Shown here: in pieces, positions 49,029-57,319 of the stretch
How the letters are laid out: every line of letters begins with the position of its first letter
Numbering within the stretch: position 1 is the first letter of the stretch
Assembly (NCBI GenBank): GCA_027028245.1
Contig: JALVJO010000136.1
Span: 1,362-65,361, forward strand
DNA length: 64,000 nt
Reading direction: 5' to 3'
Origin: Deltaproteobacteria bacterium
GTDB lineage: Bacteria > Desulfobacterota > Dissulfuribacteria > Dissulfuribacterales > QOAL01
Notes under the pieces: generated by a model
Seen by the model: only the letters and a program-made list of their open reading frames with translations
Told to the model about the DNA's origin: nothing
Database searches by the model: none
Position numbers and translations under genes: made by a program

Positions 49029-49849
49029 AGATTCCCATGGCAGATGACCTTCCTGGAAAGCTGTCTCCAGACCCTGGACAACCGCCTGACATAGAAATAG
49101 AAGAGTGCTCTTTTTCTTTCAACAAAGCCCCTGTTCTAAGAGATGTAAACGTACGTGTCGAACACGGTGATTTTGTGGCCATAATCGGTCCGAACGGAGG
49201 TGGCAAGACCACCCTGGTCAAGCTGATGCTGGGGCTTTTAAGGCCTGATACCGGCACCGTGAGGTTGCTTGGTGATGATCCGGAAAAGACGCGCCGTCGT
49301 GCAGGATACATGCCACAGTACAGCACTGGCGAAAAGGGGTTCCCGATTACCGTCATGGAGACTGCACTTCTTGGCAGACTGGGGCTTTCCGGCTTAGGGT
49401 GCAGGTTCTCCAGCAAAGACCAGGATGCGGCCAGGAGGGTCTTGAAGCTGGTGGGCATGGAGGAGCACGCGAACAAGAGAATGGGGGATCTTTCCGGAGG
49501 GCAGATTCAGCGAACCCTTTTGGCCAGGGCCCTAGTCTCTGATCCAGAGGTGCTCTTTCTGGACGAGCCCATGGCCAGCATAGATATAGACGGCCAGACC
49601 AGGCTCTTTGACCTGCTCGGAAGACTCAACGAGATGATGACCATTCTCTTTGTAACCCATGATGTGGGCCTGCTGTCTCGTTACGTAAAATCTGTCATCT
49701 GCGTAAACGAAACCGTCTTCTTTCATCATCAGCCCAAGATTACCCCAGACATGGCAGAACTCTTGATGGGAAAAGGAGAAACGTGCCCGGTGGAAATGGT
49801 TGCCCACGGTCTGCCGCACAGGGTCCTGGGCAGGCACGACGGGCATTAG
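49025..49849 (+). CDS. znuC: Metal ABC transporter ATP-binding protein
   Basis: Walker A GPNGGGKTT, signature LSGGQ, Walker B LFLDEP. Confidence 0.9.
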   Translation: MKIPMADDLPGKLSPDPGQPPDIEIEECSFSFNKAPVLRDVNVRVEHGDFVAIIGPNGGGKTTLVKLMLGLLRPDTGTVRLLGDDPEKTRRRAGYMPQYSTGEKGFPITVMETALLGRLGLSGLGCRFSSKDQDAARRVLKLVGMEEHANKRMGDLSGGQIQRTLLARALVSDPEVLFLDEPMASIDIDGQTRLFDLLGRLNEMMTILFVTHDVGLLSRYVKSVICVNETVFFHHQPKITPDMAELLMGKGETCPVEMVAHGLPHRVLGRHDGH

Positions 49850-49852
49850 GCC

Positions 49853-50665
49853 ATGGATATCCTCTCATTGCCATTTATCCAGCATGCCGTTATTGCAGGC
49901 CTTTTGGCCGCTGCGGCATGCGGAATGATAGGCAGCCTTGTTGTGGTGAACAGGGCCGTTTTCCTGGCAGGTGGTATAGCCCACGCAGCCTACGGCGGGG
50001 TAGGGCTTGCCTTTTTTCTGAACCTGCCGCCCCTTCCCTGCATTATAGGTTTTTCTCTTTTCTTCGCCCTTATCATGGCATCCCTTACGGCAGAACGCAG
50101 GGAAAGAATGGATACATTTATAGGGGTCCTATGGGCAGTAGGAATGGCCATAGGCATCATACTCATAGATTTAAGCCCGGGTTACAACGTTGACCTGATG
50201 AGTTTCCTGTTCGGCAGCATACTGACAGTGCCGGGATCGGATATAAAGATCATGGCCGGTGTGGATGCGGCAACCATCGCACTTGTGTGTGCCTTCTACA
50301 AGGAATTCCTGGCCATGAGCTATGATATGGAATTTGCAAGGGTGAGAGGTGTCCCCGTAAGGCTGTTCCATTTCATCTTTCTGGCCCTGGTGGCCCTGGC
50401 AGTGGTCATGACAATACGCGTGGTGGGTCTGATCCTTGTAATGGCGCTTTTTACCATTGCCCCTTATCTTACCGAGAGATTTTCCAGGAGCCTGGCAGGG
50501 ATGATGGCATACTCGTGCCTTGCAAATATCTTCTTTGTTTTTACAGGCCTTTGGCTGTCTTACAGATATAATCTTACCAGCGGTGCCACCATAATACTCG
50601 TGGCCGCGGTCTTTTTCCTGATCTTTACATTCGGGGAAAAACTCTTTTCAAGAAGCATGAAGTGA
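49853..50665 (+). CDS. znuB: Metal ABC transporter permease
   Basis: 270 aa with 8-9 TM helices, ABC-3 family pattern. Confidence 0.88.
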   Translation: MDILSLPFIQHAVIAGLLAAAACGMIGSLVVVNRAVFLAGGIAHAAYGGVGLAFFLNLPPLPCIIGFSLFFALIMASLTAERRERMDTFIGVLWAVGMAIGIILIDLSPGYNVDLMSFLFGSILTVPGSDIKIMAGVDAATIALVCAFYKEFLAMSYDMEFARVRGVPVRLFHFIFLALVALAVVMTIRVVGLILVMALFTIAPYLTERFSRSLAGMMAYSCLANIFFVFTGLWLSYRYNLTSGATIILVAAVFFLIFTFGEKLFSRSMK

Positions 50666-50678
50666 CAGGAGAGGCAGG

Positions 50679-51110
50679 ATGGATACAGTTGCCAAGGTAA
50701 CAGAACATATCAGGGAGAATGACAGGCTTATCCCTCTGTTCAACATGGAGATAGAAGAAACTGCTCCGGGAAAGGCGCGGGTCTCCATGAAAGTAGGCCC
50801 TGATCATTTGAACGCCGCAAGGCTCTGCCACGGGGCAGCCCTTTTTGCACTGGCCGATGTGGCCTTTGCCCTGGCCGCAAACTGCCATGGCAGGATGGCC
50901 CTGGCCATAGAGGCCTCCATGAACTATTTCAGGCCGGTCAGGGAGGGTGCAAGGGTTACTGTGGTATGCAGGGAAGAATTTCAGGGCAGGAGGACAGGGA
51001 CCTACTATGCTGTCATAACCGACCATGAGGACAAAAAGATAGCCATCTTCAAGGCCACTGCGTTCCGGGTGGATGATATCCCGGTGTCCACCTACGGCAG
51101 ACCGGAGTGA
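50679..51110 (+). CDS. PaaI/hotdog-fold thioesterase
   Basis: 143 aa. NAARLCHGAALFALADVAFALA and the hotdog core. Confidence 0.8.
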   Translation: MDTVAKVTEHIRENDRLIPLFNMEIEETAPGKARVSMKVGPDHLNAARLCHGAALFALADVAFALAANCHGRMALAIEASMNYFRPVREGARVTVVCREEFQGRRTGTYYAVITDHEDKKIAIFKATAFRVDDIPVSTYGRPE

Positions 51111-53299
51111 TAATGGGATCAGCAGCAGAACAAATAACCATTGCACTTGCCGGCAACCCGAATGCTGGAAAGACCACCATTTTCAACCAGCTCACAGGCG
51201 CCAGGCAGAAGGTAGGCAACTGGTCAGGTGTCACAGTTGAAAAAAAGGAAGGCCATCTGGTGCACAGGGGCAGGAAGATTACAGTTGTGGACCTGCCGGG
51301 CATCTACTCCCTCACTGCCTATTCCGTGGAAGAGGTGGTGGCCAGAAACTTCATACTTGAAGAACATCCGGACGTTGTGGTGGATATCCTCGATGCCTCC
51401 AACCTGGAAAGGAACCTCTATCTGGCCGTCCAGCTCATAGAGCTCAATATCCCCCTGGTCTTTGCCATGAATATGGTGGATGTGGCCCGGGCAAGGGGCA
51501 TAAAAATAGACTACCAGCAGCTTTCCAGGTTGCTGGGCGTGCCCATTGTGGAAACAGTAGGGACCAGGGGCCAAGGGATAGAAGAGCTCCTGGATACCGT
51601 CCTGGAGGTAGTAGAAGGAAAGGACCCCACCTCCAGGCACATCCACATCAATTACGGCAGGGAGATAGAAGAGGAAGTCCAAAAGATTCGTCAATGCCTC
51701 AAAGAGGACCCAGAGCTGAACAGCAGTTACTATCCCAGGTGGATTGCAGTAAAGCTCCTTGAAAAGGACCGGATAGTAGAAGAAAGGGTGATGAGATCCC
51801 CTGCCGCCCATCTTATCATGTCCCAGGTGGAAAAGAGCCGCAGCCACATCCTTTCTATCTTTCAGGAGGATGCGGAGACCGTTATAGCAGAGGCCCGCTA
51901 CGGTTTCATTTCAGGTGCCCTCAAGGAGACCATGCGCCTTTCACCCGTGGCCAAGAAGACCATCTCGGACAAGATAGACCAGGTGCTCACAAACAGGGTC
52001 CTGGGCTTTCCAATACTTCTTTTTTTCATGTATTTCCTGTTCCAGGCCACATTCACCCTGGGGGCCTATCCTGTGGAGTGGATAGAAAAGGGGGTGGATG
52101 TCCTGGCCAGGCTGGCTGCCGCCATCCTGCCTGATGGACTTTTCAGGGATATGATAGTGGAGGGCGTCATAGGAGGCGTTGGGGGAGTTATAGTCTTTCT
52201 GCCCAATATCCTGCTCCTGTTCCTGGGAATAAGCCTCTTTGAGGATACCGGCTACATGGCAAGGGCTGCATTTATCATGGACAGGATTATGCACACCCTC
52301 GGCCTTCACGGCAAATCCTTCATCCCCCTCCTCATGGGCTTCGGGTGCAACGTGCCTGCCATAATGGCAGCCCGTACCCTGGAGACCAGGCGCGACAGGC
52401 TCCTGACCATACTCATAAATCCCCTCATGAGCTGCTCGGCCAGGCTTCCTGTATACGTGTTGATCGCCGGCGCCTTTTTCCCTGAAACTGCCGGAAACGT
52501 GATATTCGGCATTTACATACTGGGGGTAGTTCTTGCCATACTTGTGGGCCAGCTGTTCAGCCATACCATATTCAAGGGGCAAAGTGCGCCTTTTGTACTG
52601 GAGCTTCCGCCCTACAGGCTGCCTACACTCAAGAGTGTGCTGATTCACATGTGGGAGAAGGGGAAGGTCTATCTCCAGAAGATGGGAGGCGTGGTGCTGG
52701 CCTTTTCCATTGTTATATGGTTTCTCGGTGCCTTTCCAAGGCATATTGATTATTCAAGGGACTATGATCAGAAGATCAGGCAGACGGTTTCAGAAATAAA
52801 TGGTCTAAGGGGCAGCGGAGGGGCCACAGCTGTCAACTCATCCAGGATGGCAGCCCTTGAGAAAGAACTTAAAAGGCTCAGGAATGCCATGGAGGAGGAG
52901 CGGCTTTCAAAGAGCTATATCGGCAGGATAGGTCACAGCATCGAACCCCTTATAGCCCCCCTTGGGTTTGACTGGAAGCTTGGGGTGAGCCTGGTGACAG
53001 GTTTTGTGGCCAAGGAGGTGGTGGTGAGTACCATGGGGGTCTTGTATCAGACAGGGCAGGAAGACTCGGCCAGCCTCAAAAAGGCCCTGAAGGCCAGCGG
53101 TATTGACAGGGCAACTGCCCTTGCCTTCATGGCCTTTGTGCTTATTTATGTGCCTTGTCTGGTGACAGTTGTTACCATATGGCGTGAAACCGGTTCTGTG
53201 GGATGGACAATCTTCAGCGTAAGCTACCTGATGGTGCTGGCCTGGGTCGTAGCCTTTATCATCAGGCAGGGATGCGTCCTGCTGTTTCATTGCGTGTGA
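51107..53299 (+). CDS. feoB: Ferrous iron transport protein B
   Basis: N-terminal G-domain (GNPNAGKTTIFNQLTG, DLPGIYSL, NMVD) plus a polytopic C-terminal permease. 730 aa. Confidence 0.95.
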   Translation: MIMGSAAEQITIALAGNPNAGKTTIFNQLTGARQKVGNWSGVTVEKKEGHLVHRGRKITVVDLPGIYSLTAYSVEEVVARNFILEEHPDVVVDILDASNLERNLYLAVQLIELNIPLVFAMNMVDVARARGIKIDYQQLSRLLGVPIVETVGTRGQGIEELLDTVLEVVEGKDPTSRHIHINYGREIEEEVQKIRQCLKEDPELNSSYYPRWIAVKLLEKDRIVEERVMRSPAAHLIMSQVEKSRSHILSIFQEDAETVIAEARYGFISGALKETMRLSPVAKKTISDKIDQVLTNRVLGFPILLFFMYFLFQATFTLGAYPVEWIEKGVDVLARLAAAILPDGLFRDMIVEGVIGGVGGVIVFLPNILLLFLGISLFEDTGYMARAAFIMDRIMHTLGLHGKSFIPLLMGFGCNVPAIMAARTLETRRDRLLTILINPLMSCSARLPVYVLIAGAFFPETAGNVIFGIYILGVVLAILVGQLFSHTIFKGQSAPFVLELPPYRLPTLKSVLIHMWEKGKVYLQKMGGVVLAFSIVIWFLGAFPRHIDYSRDYDQKIRQTVSEINGLRGSGGATAVNSSRMAALEKELKRLRNAMEEERLSKSYIGRIGHSIEPLIAPLGFDWKLGVSLVTGFVAKEVVVSTMGVLYQTGQEDSASLKKALKASGIDRATALAFMAFVLIYVPCLVTVVTIWRETGSVGWTIFSVSYLMVLAWVVAFIIRQGCVLLFHCV

Positions 53300-53316
53300 A
53301 TGTGGCAGGCGCTGCC

Positions 53317-53542
53317 GGGAGCATTCCCCGTTTGTCCCTGGACGAAGAATGGCAAGGATCGGTGCATTTCTTTCAAGGTTCACCAAGCCGCTGTGCAGAT
53401 TTCAAATTCTTCTCGAATGCAGACATCGCCAATCTCAGCGGCTTGACTGCGGCTGAAGTTGGCTTCCTTGTGGTGAAACCTTTCAAGAAACACCCCTCCC
53501 TTGCCGGTGCCACAAATGGGGGACAAACTGGGAACGCTCCCA
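53317..53542 (+). repeat. Copy C of the ~224-nt palindromic intergenic element
   Basis: Starts 18 nt after the feoB stop. Aligns along its full length with copies A and B. Flanked by GCGCTGCC (53309-53316) and GCGCTGAC (53543-53550). Confidence 0.8.
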
Positions 53543-53630
53543 GCGCTGACTGGCTGAAAAAATAATATGCCGAATGCCTTTGGTGCTTCCCTAGGGCAGG
53601 AGAAAATTTTCGCCTAAGAACAGAATGATA

Positions 53631-53662
53631 AAAAGGCCGCCTGTTTTTGCAGACGGCCTTTT
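53631..53662. terminator. Bidirectional intrinsic terminator between feoB/copy C and the TSUP gene
   Basis: AAGGCCGCCTG (53633-53643) pairs with CAGACGGCCTT (53650-53660) with 1 mismatch. Flanked by AAAA on one side and TTTT on the other. Confidence 0.65.
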
Positions 53663-53691
53663 CAGTTGATCCCTATTTACAGGATTTATGT

Positions 53692-55371
53692 TTACCTCAT
53701 GAAGGGCAGAAGCTTCGTGTACTTCATGAAGACGATGATAAGTGCAAGGGCCAGCATCCTTTTCAGGAAGATCTCAGGAAGCTTCTTCTGGATCTTCGGG
53801 CCTACCATACCGCCAGCAATGGCGCCGCCGGCAATACATGCTGCCATGATCCAGTCAGGCTGGTAACCCATGAGGATGTACTTGGAAATACCACCCAGGG
53901 ATGTGGCAAAGGTCCCTGCCAGTGCGATAGGAACGGCCAGGTACATGGGATATCCCATGAATGTGGTCATAAATGGCATGAACATGAATCCACCGCCTAC
54001 GCCGAAGGAGGATGCGATCATTCCCATGATGATACCGCCGAGGAGCATGGTCAGAGGCTTGGCAACAAATGTCTCTCCCCAGAACCTCATGTCAAACTTG
54101 ATGAAGTTGAACTTATCGAATTCAACCTTTCCAAGCTCTGCGGCCTTTCCTGTCTTCTTGGCTTCTTCAACAGCCTTGTTGAACTTCTGGATAATGGCCT
54201 TGAGGGCCTTTTTCTTCTCAATGGTGCTGGGCAGACTTTCGTGATACAGCTTGAAGCCGATGAGCAGACAGATAATTCCAAGGTAGAACTTGTAGGCCTT
54301 CAGTGGCAGGTACTTGGCTGAAAACGTTGGTCCAATGAAGAAGGCGCCGATGAGAATACCGATGGCAAAGAATATGGCCACCGGCCAGGCGAAACGCTTG
54401 GACTTGAAGTAGCTGATAAGGCCTGTAAGAGGTGAACAAAGGGTCAGGAACAGGTTAGTAGGTTTGATGGTGTTGGCGGCATTGATACCGATTGGTCCCT
54501 TTGTTCCAATGACTGTAATCTGGTATGCAGCTGTGAAAAGACCGCCTGCAGCACCCATGATGACAAAGAGGACGCCGATGACAAATGCTCCGCCGAGAAC
54601 CACCAGGGGATTCATGTAGCAGCCGCCTGTCTTGAAGTAAAAGGTGGACGGCTCAATGGAGAACGCAGTAGCCTTCTGGCCGTTTACCCAGACTGCAAGC
54701 TTGGTTTCTGGTGCAAGGTTCTTGTAGGGAGTCATGGTCAGTTCGAACTCGCCTGTAGCCTTGTCAAACTTGAGAGTAGTACCCTTGTTCCAGTCTTCTC
54801 TCTGGGCATTGTAATCTGTGAGGACCATCCTGGCAGTTCCGCCGCCCAGGGGTTTTTCCTTAACAACGGTGTTGATGCCGAATTTCTTTTCATGGGTGAA
54901 GGTGAGGAACTTCCACTGGGCTTCGGTATTGATGGGCCCCAGGAGGCTCTTTGCATATTCAGGGATATCAGCCCATTTCTTGATCTTGTTGATCCTGACC
55001 ATGAACTTGAACGGCGGGAAGGCGAAGGGGCCGCTTGTCTGGCCCATTGCCACGCTCTTGGGGGTGGCAAGGTCTTCAGGCTTGTTGGTGATTACGTAAT
55101 ATGTGGTTGGGATTGCAGTGTCGCCGAATTTCTTCTGGAGCTTCTTTCTCTCCTTTGCGCCAGGGGAGTCAGCCGGCTTGAACATCTTGTCCGTGCATAT
55201 CACAACGAAAAGATCCTGACCCGGATCGATCTTGCCTTTTACAGTAACAGGGTTTCCGGCCTTTACCCTGTCTCCCGATGCAACAGTAGCCTCAATGGCA
55301 AAGGAACTGACTGCGGAAAACGCCAGGACCACGAGGACAGATAGTAACTGGATAAAAAACTTTCTCTTCAT
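53692..55371 (-). CDS. TSUP (TauE/SafE) family anion-exporter-type membrane protein fused to an N-terminal ~240-aa extracytoplasmic domain
   Basis: Signal peptide plus a soluble domain. Then two 4-TM TSUP halves (GAAGGLFTAAY... and FGVGGGFMFMPF...), separated by a ~60-aa charged loop. Confidence 0.8.
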   Translation of the reverse strand: MKRKFFIQLLSVLVVLAFSAVSSFAIEATVASGDRVKAGNPVTVKGKIDPGQDLFVVICTDKMFKPADSPGAKERKKLQKKFGDTAIPTTYYVITNKPEDLATPKSVAMGQTSGPFAFPPFKFMVRINKIKKWADIPEYAKSLLGPINTEAQWKFLTFTHEKKFGINTVVKEKPLGGGTARMVLTDYNAQREDWNKGTTLKFDKATGEFELTMTPYKNLAPETKLAVWVNGQKATAFSIEPSTFYFKTGGCYMNPLVVLGGAFVIGVLFVIMGAAGGLFTAAYQITVIGTKGPIGINAANTIKPTNLFLTLCSPLTGLISYFKSKRFAWPVAIFFAIGILIGAFFIGPTFSAKYLPLKAYKFYLGIICLLIGFKLYHESLPSTIEKKKALKAIIQKFNKAVEEAKKTGKAAELGKVEFDKFNFIKFDMRFWGETFVAKPLTMLLGGIIMGMIASSFGVGGGFMFMPFMTTFMGYPMYLAVPIALAGTFATSLGGISKYILMGYQPDWIMAACIAGGAIAGGMVGPKIQKKLPEIFLKRMLALALIIVFMKYTKLLPFMR

Positions 55372-55406
55372 AATCTTTCTCCTCTCTCTTTTATTGAAAA
55401 ATTACA

Positions 55407-55424
55407 TGCAACATTTTTGCTGCA
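55407..55424. promoter_or_regulatory. Palindrome TGCAAC-N6-GCTGCA (site 1 of 3 around rex)
   Basis: Lies between the rex stop (55426) and the TSUP start (55371). One mismatch to the perfect sites at 56318 and 56495. Confidence 0.4.
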
Positions 55425-55425
55425 C

Positions 55426-56169
55426 CTAACTACTCAAACCCACTTCCTGTCCGTGAATATTGGACTGCACAACCGGCCAGCTGTGTTCTCTTCCCCACTT
55501 GGGCTTTGATGCCTCTGCGCTGGTATCAAGTGCCTGGCCCCTGTTTCTGGAGATATTGTAGGTAAGGCTGTCCAGCAGGATGGTGAAATCCACATACTGC
55601 ACGCTGACTCCGCGAGGCACCTTGATCCGTGTAGGCGAAAAGTTCAAAATGCCCCTTATTCCGTATTCAACCAGTTTATCTGCAACCTCCTGTGCCCTGT
55701 CAGAAGGAACAGCGAGAACAGCCAGTTGAATGGAGTTTTCTTCCACTATTCCAGGAAGTTCTTCCATATCCCTGACCTTGAGGCCGTTTTCCAATTCCTT
55801 GCCCACGTTTGATTCATCTATGTCAAACACGGCCTGGAAATGATAGCCTTGCTTGGCAAATTGCGGGTGCCGCAACAGGGCCTGGCCTATGGGACCCGTC
55901 CCGATAAGGACAACTCTCCATTCATCTACAAGCCCCAGGATGCTGGAGATGGTGCTGGAAAGAGAGGCAACGTCATAGCCCACCCCCCTTACGCCGAACC
56001 TTCCGAAATAGGACAGGTCCTTGCGGAGCTGGGCAGGATTGACGCTTGCCTCTGTGGCCAGTTCGTTGGACGAGACCACCTTTACTCCTCTGTTAAGGAG
56101 TCTTTTCAGATAACGCTGGTAAACCGACAACCTTATTATGGTGGCTGCCGGTATCTTATCCTTTTTCAT
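55426..56169 (-). CDS. rex: Redox-sensing transcriptional repressor Rex
   Basis: The N-terminal IPAATIIRLSVYQRYLKRL winged helix, and the Rossmann motif VVLIGTGPIGQAL. Confidence 0.9.
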   Translation of the reverse strand: MKKDKIPAATIIRLSVYQRYLKRLLNRGVKVVSSNELATEASVNPAQLRKDLSYFGRFGVRGVGYDVASLSSTISSILGLVDEWRVVLIGTGPIGQALLRHPQFAKQGYHFQAVFDIDESNVGKELENGLKVRDMEELPGIVEENSIQLAVLAVPSDRAQEVADKLVEYGIRGILNFSPTRIKVPRGVSVQYVDFTILLDSLTYNISRNRGQALDTSAEASKPKWGREHSWPVVQSNIHGQEVGLSS

Positions 56170-56206
56170 TAGAAATACCTCCTAATTTTATAATTGTGTA
56201 CTTATA

Positions 56207-56222
56207 CGCAATTATCATGCCT
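56207..56222 (-). promoter_or_regulatory. Sigma-54-type promoter candidate upstream of rex
   Basis: The minus strand reads AGGCATGATAATTGCG. The GG and GC dinucleotides have the canonical spacing of TGGCACG-N4-TTGCW. It lies ~40-50 nt upstream of the rex ATG. Confidence 0.4.
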
Positions 56223-56317
56223 GATTTCACAAAAGGAGTCTTTTTAAAAAAAATGGTTAAAAATTAATAAGTTATAATCAAGGACGATTTCAGCCTTTGC
56301 AAGCCGCAAAGGAGAAA

Positions 56318-56335
56318 TGCAACTAAGATGTTGCA
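56318..56335. promoter_or_regulatory. Perfect palindrome TGCAAC-TAAGAT-GTTGCA (site 2)
   Basis: About 100 nt upstream of the sigma-54-like promoter, so UAS-like in position. Confidence 0.4.
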
Positions 56336-56494
56336 GTTTTTGACGCTCAAATGAGAGGTGATAGGCCCTTCCGGGAACATGCCCTGGATCTTCATGGATT
56401 AAAATAACTGAATTTTCGGGCTGTTAAACATGATTAATGAGAAAAAAGCGTGTAGAAGGCCCCGGGCGGGCTTGCTGTGAGTTTTATTAAAAGG

Positions 56495-56512
56495 TGCAAC
56501 TTAAATGTTGCA
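56495..56512. promoter_or_regulatory. Perfect palindrome TGCAAC-TTAAAT-GTTGCA (site 3)
   Basis: 177 nt from site 2. The two sites match at 17 of 20 positions when flanking bases are included. Confidence 0.4.
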
Positions 56513-56537
56513 GGCGGTTGCTTCTTTCACCGAAGGT

Positions 56538-57167
56538 TTACTGCTCCTGGTGCTTGGCAAGCTCGGATAATCTTATCCTGGGTTTTTTTCTGAATTTGAA
56601 ATAGGCAGCTATTATTGGGAGGTATACTGCAAGAAAGAGCAGAGGTACGGAAATCCCGGGAATCCCGAGACTGTTGGGCGGAAGATTTATGGCAAAGGGA
56701 GAGCCCGTCTGGGCCTCAAGCAGCCATGCAGGCCTTACGTTGTCCAGCCAGAAAAGCACCAGAAATACGGGCATGAGATAGGTCAGACCATATCTTGAAA
56801 AACGCTGGGCAAGATATGTATTGAATTCCTCGTCCAGCTGCTTGTCGCTGGCATCATACAAGACGGCCTGTTTTTTCCAGTCATCCACGTCCTTTATAAG
56901 CTCCTGGGCCTGTTTCCTGGTGAGAAAGGCCTCCTGGAACGCAGCTTCTTTTTCATCGATTCTCAGGAGTTTCCTGATAAAAAGAGACAAAAGGGCTGTC
57001 AGGGAGGCGATAATCACGATCTCCAGCCAGAATGGAAACCCTGCAGCATCCATTGGCTTGAGTATTACGAGCTCCAGCACATGTGAACTCGTGGAAAACA
57101 CTGGCACTACAATGAAGGCCAGGATCCAGTCAAAAATGTCGGTTATCCAGGTAAGAACATAATCCAT
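56538..57167 (-). CDS. Hypothetical membrane protein
   Basis: 209 aa with 4 predicted TM segments and a central charged helix. No family recognised. Confidence 0.6.
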   Translation of the reverse strand: MDYVLTWITDIFDWILAFIVVPVFSTSSHVLELVILKPMDAAGFPFWLEIVIIASLTALLSLFIRKLLRIDEKEAAFQEAFLTRKQAQELIKDVDDWKKQAVLYDASDKQLDEEFNTYLAQRFSRYGLTYLMPVFLVLFWLDNVRPAWLLEAQTGSPFAINLPPNSLGIPGISVPLLFLAVYLPIIAAYFKFRKKPRIRLSELAKHQEQ

Positions 57168-57319
57168 AAGCTGTCACCATAAAACCGCCCGCCGTGTTTT
57201 TCAAGGACGGTGCTCAACATGGGGCAGCCAATTTTTCCTGGGAAAAGGACCCTGGGGAGATTAGTCTTGAAGGTTGGCTGGAGTTATTTTTTCCGAAAGT
57301 CTATTCCTTTGGAGAAACC

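Noticed and set aside
56194-56232. Possible Rex auto-operator: TTGTGTACTTATACGCAA (56194-56211) and an isolated TTCACAA half-site (56226-56232).
   Set aside because: Neither reproduces the canonical TTGTGAA-N4-TTCACAA dyad. The first overlaps the -12 element of the sigma-54-like promoter, and that overlap can explain the TTGCG. Kept only as a remark.
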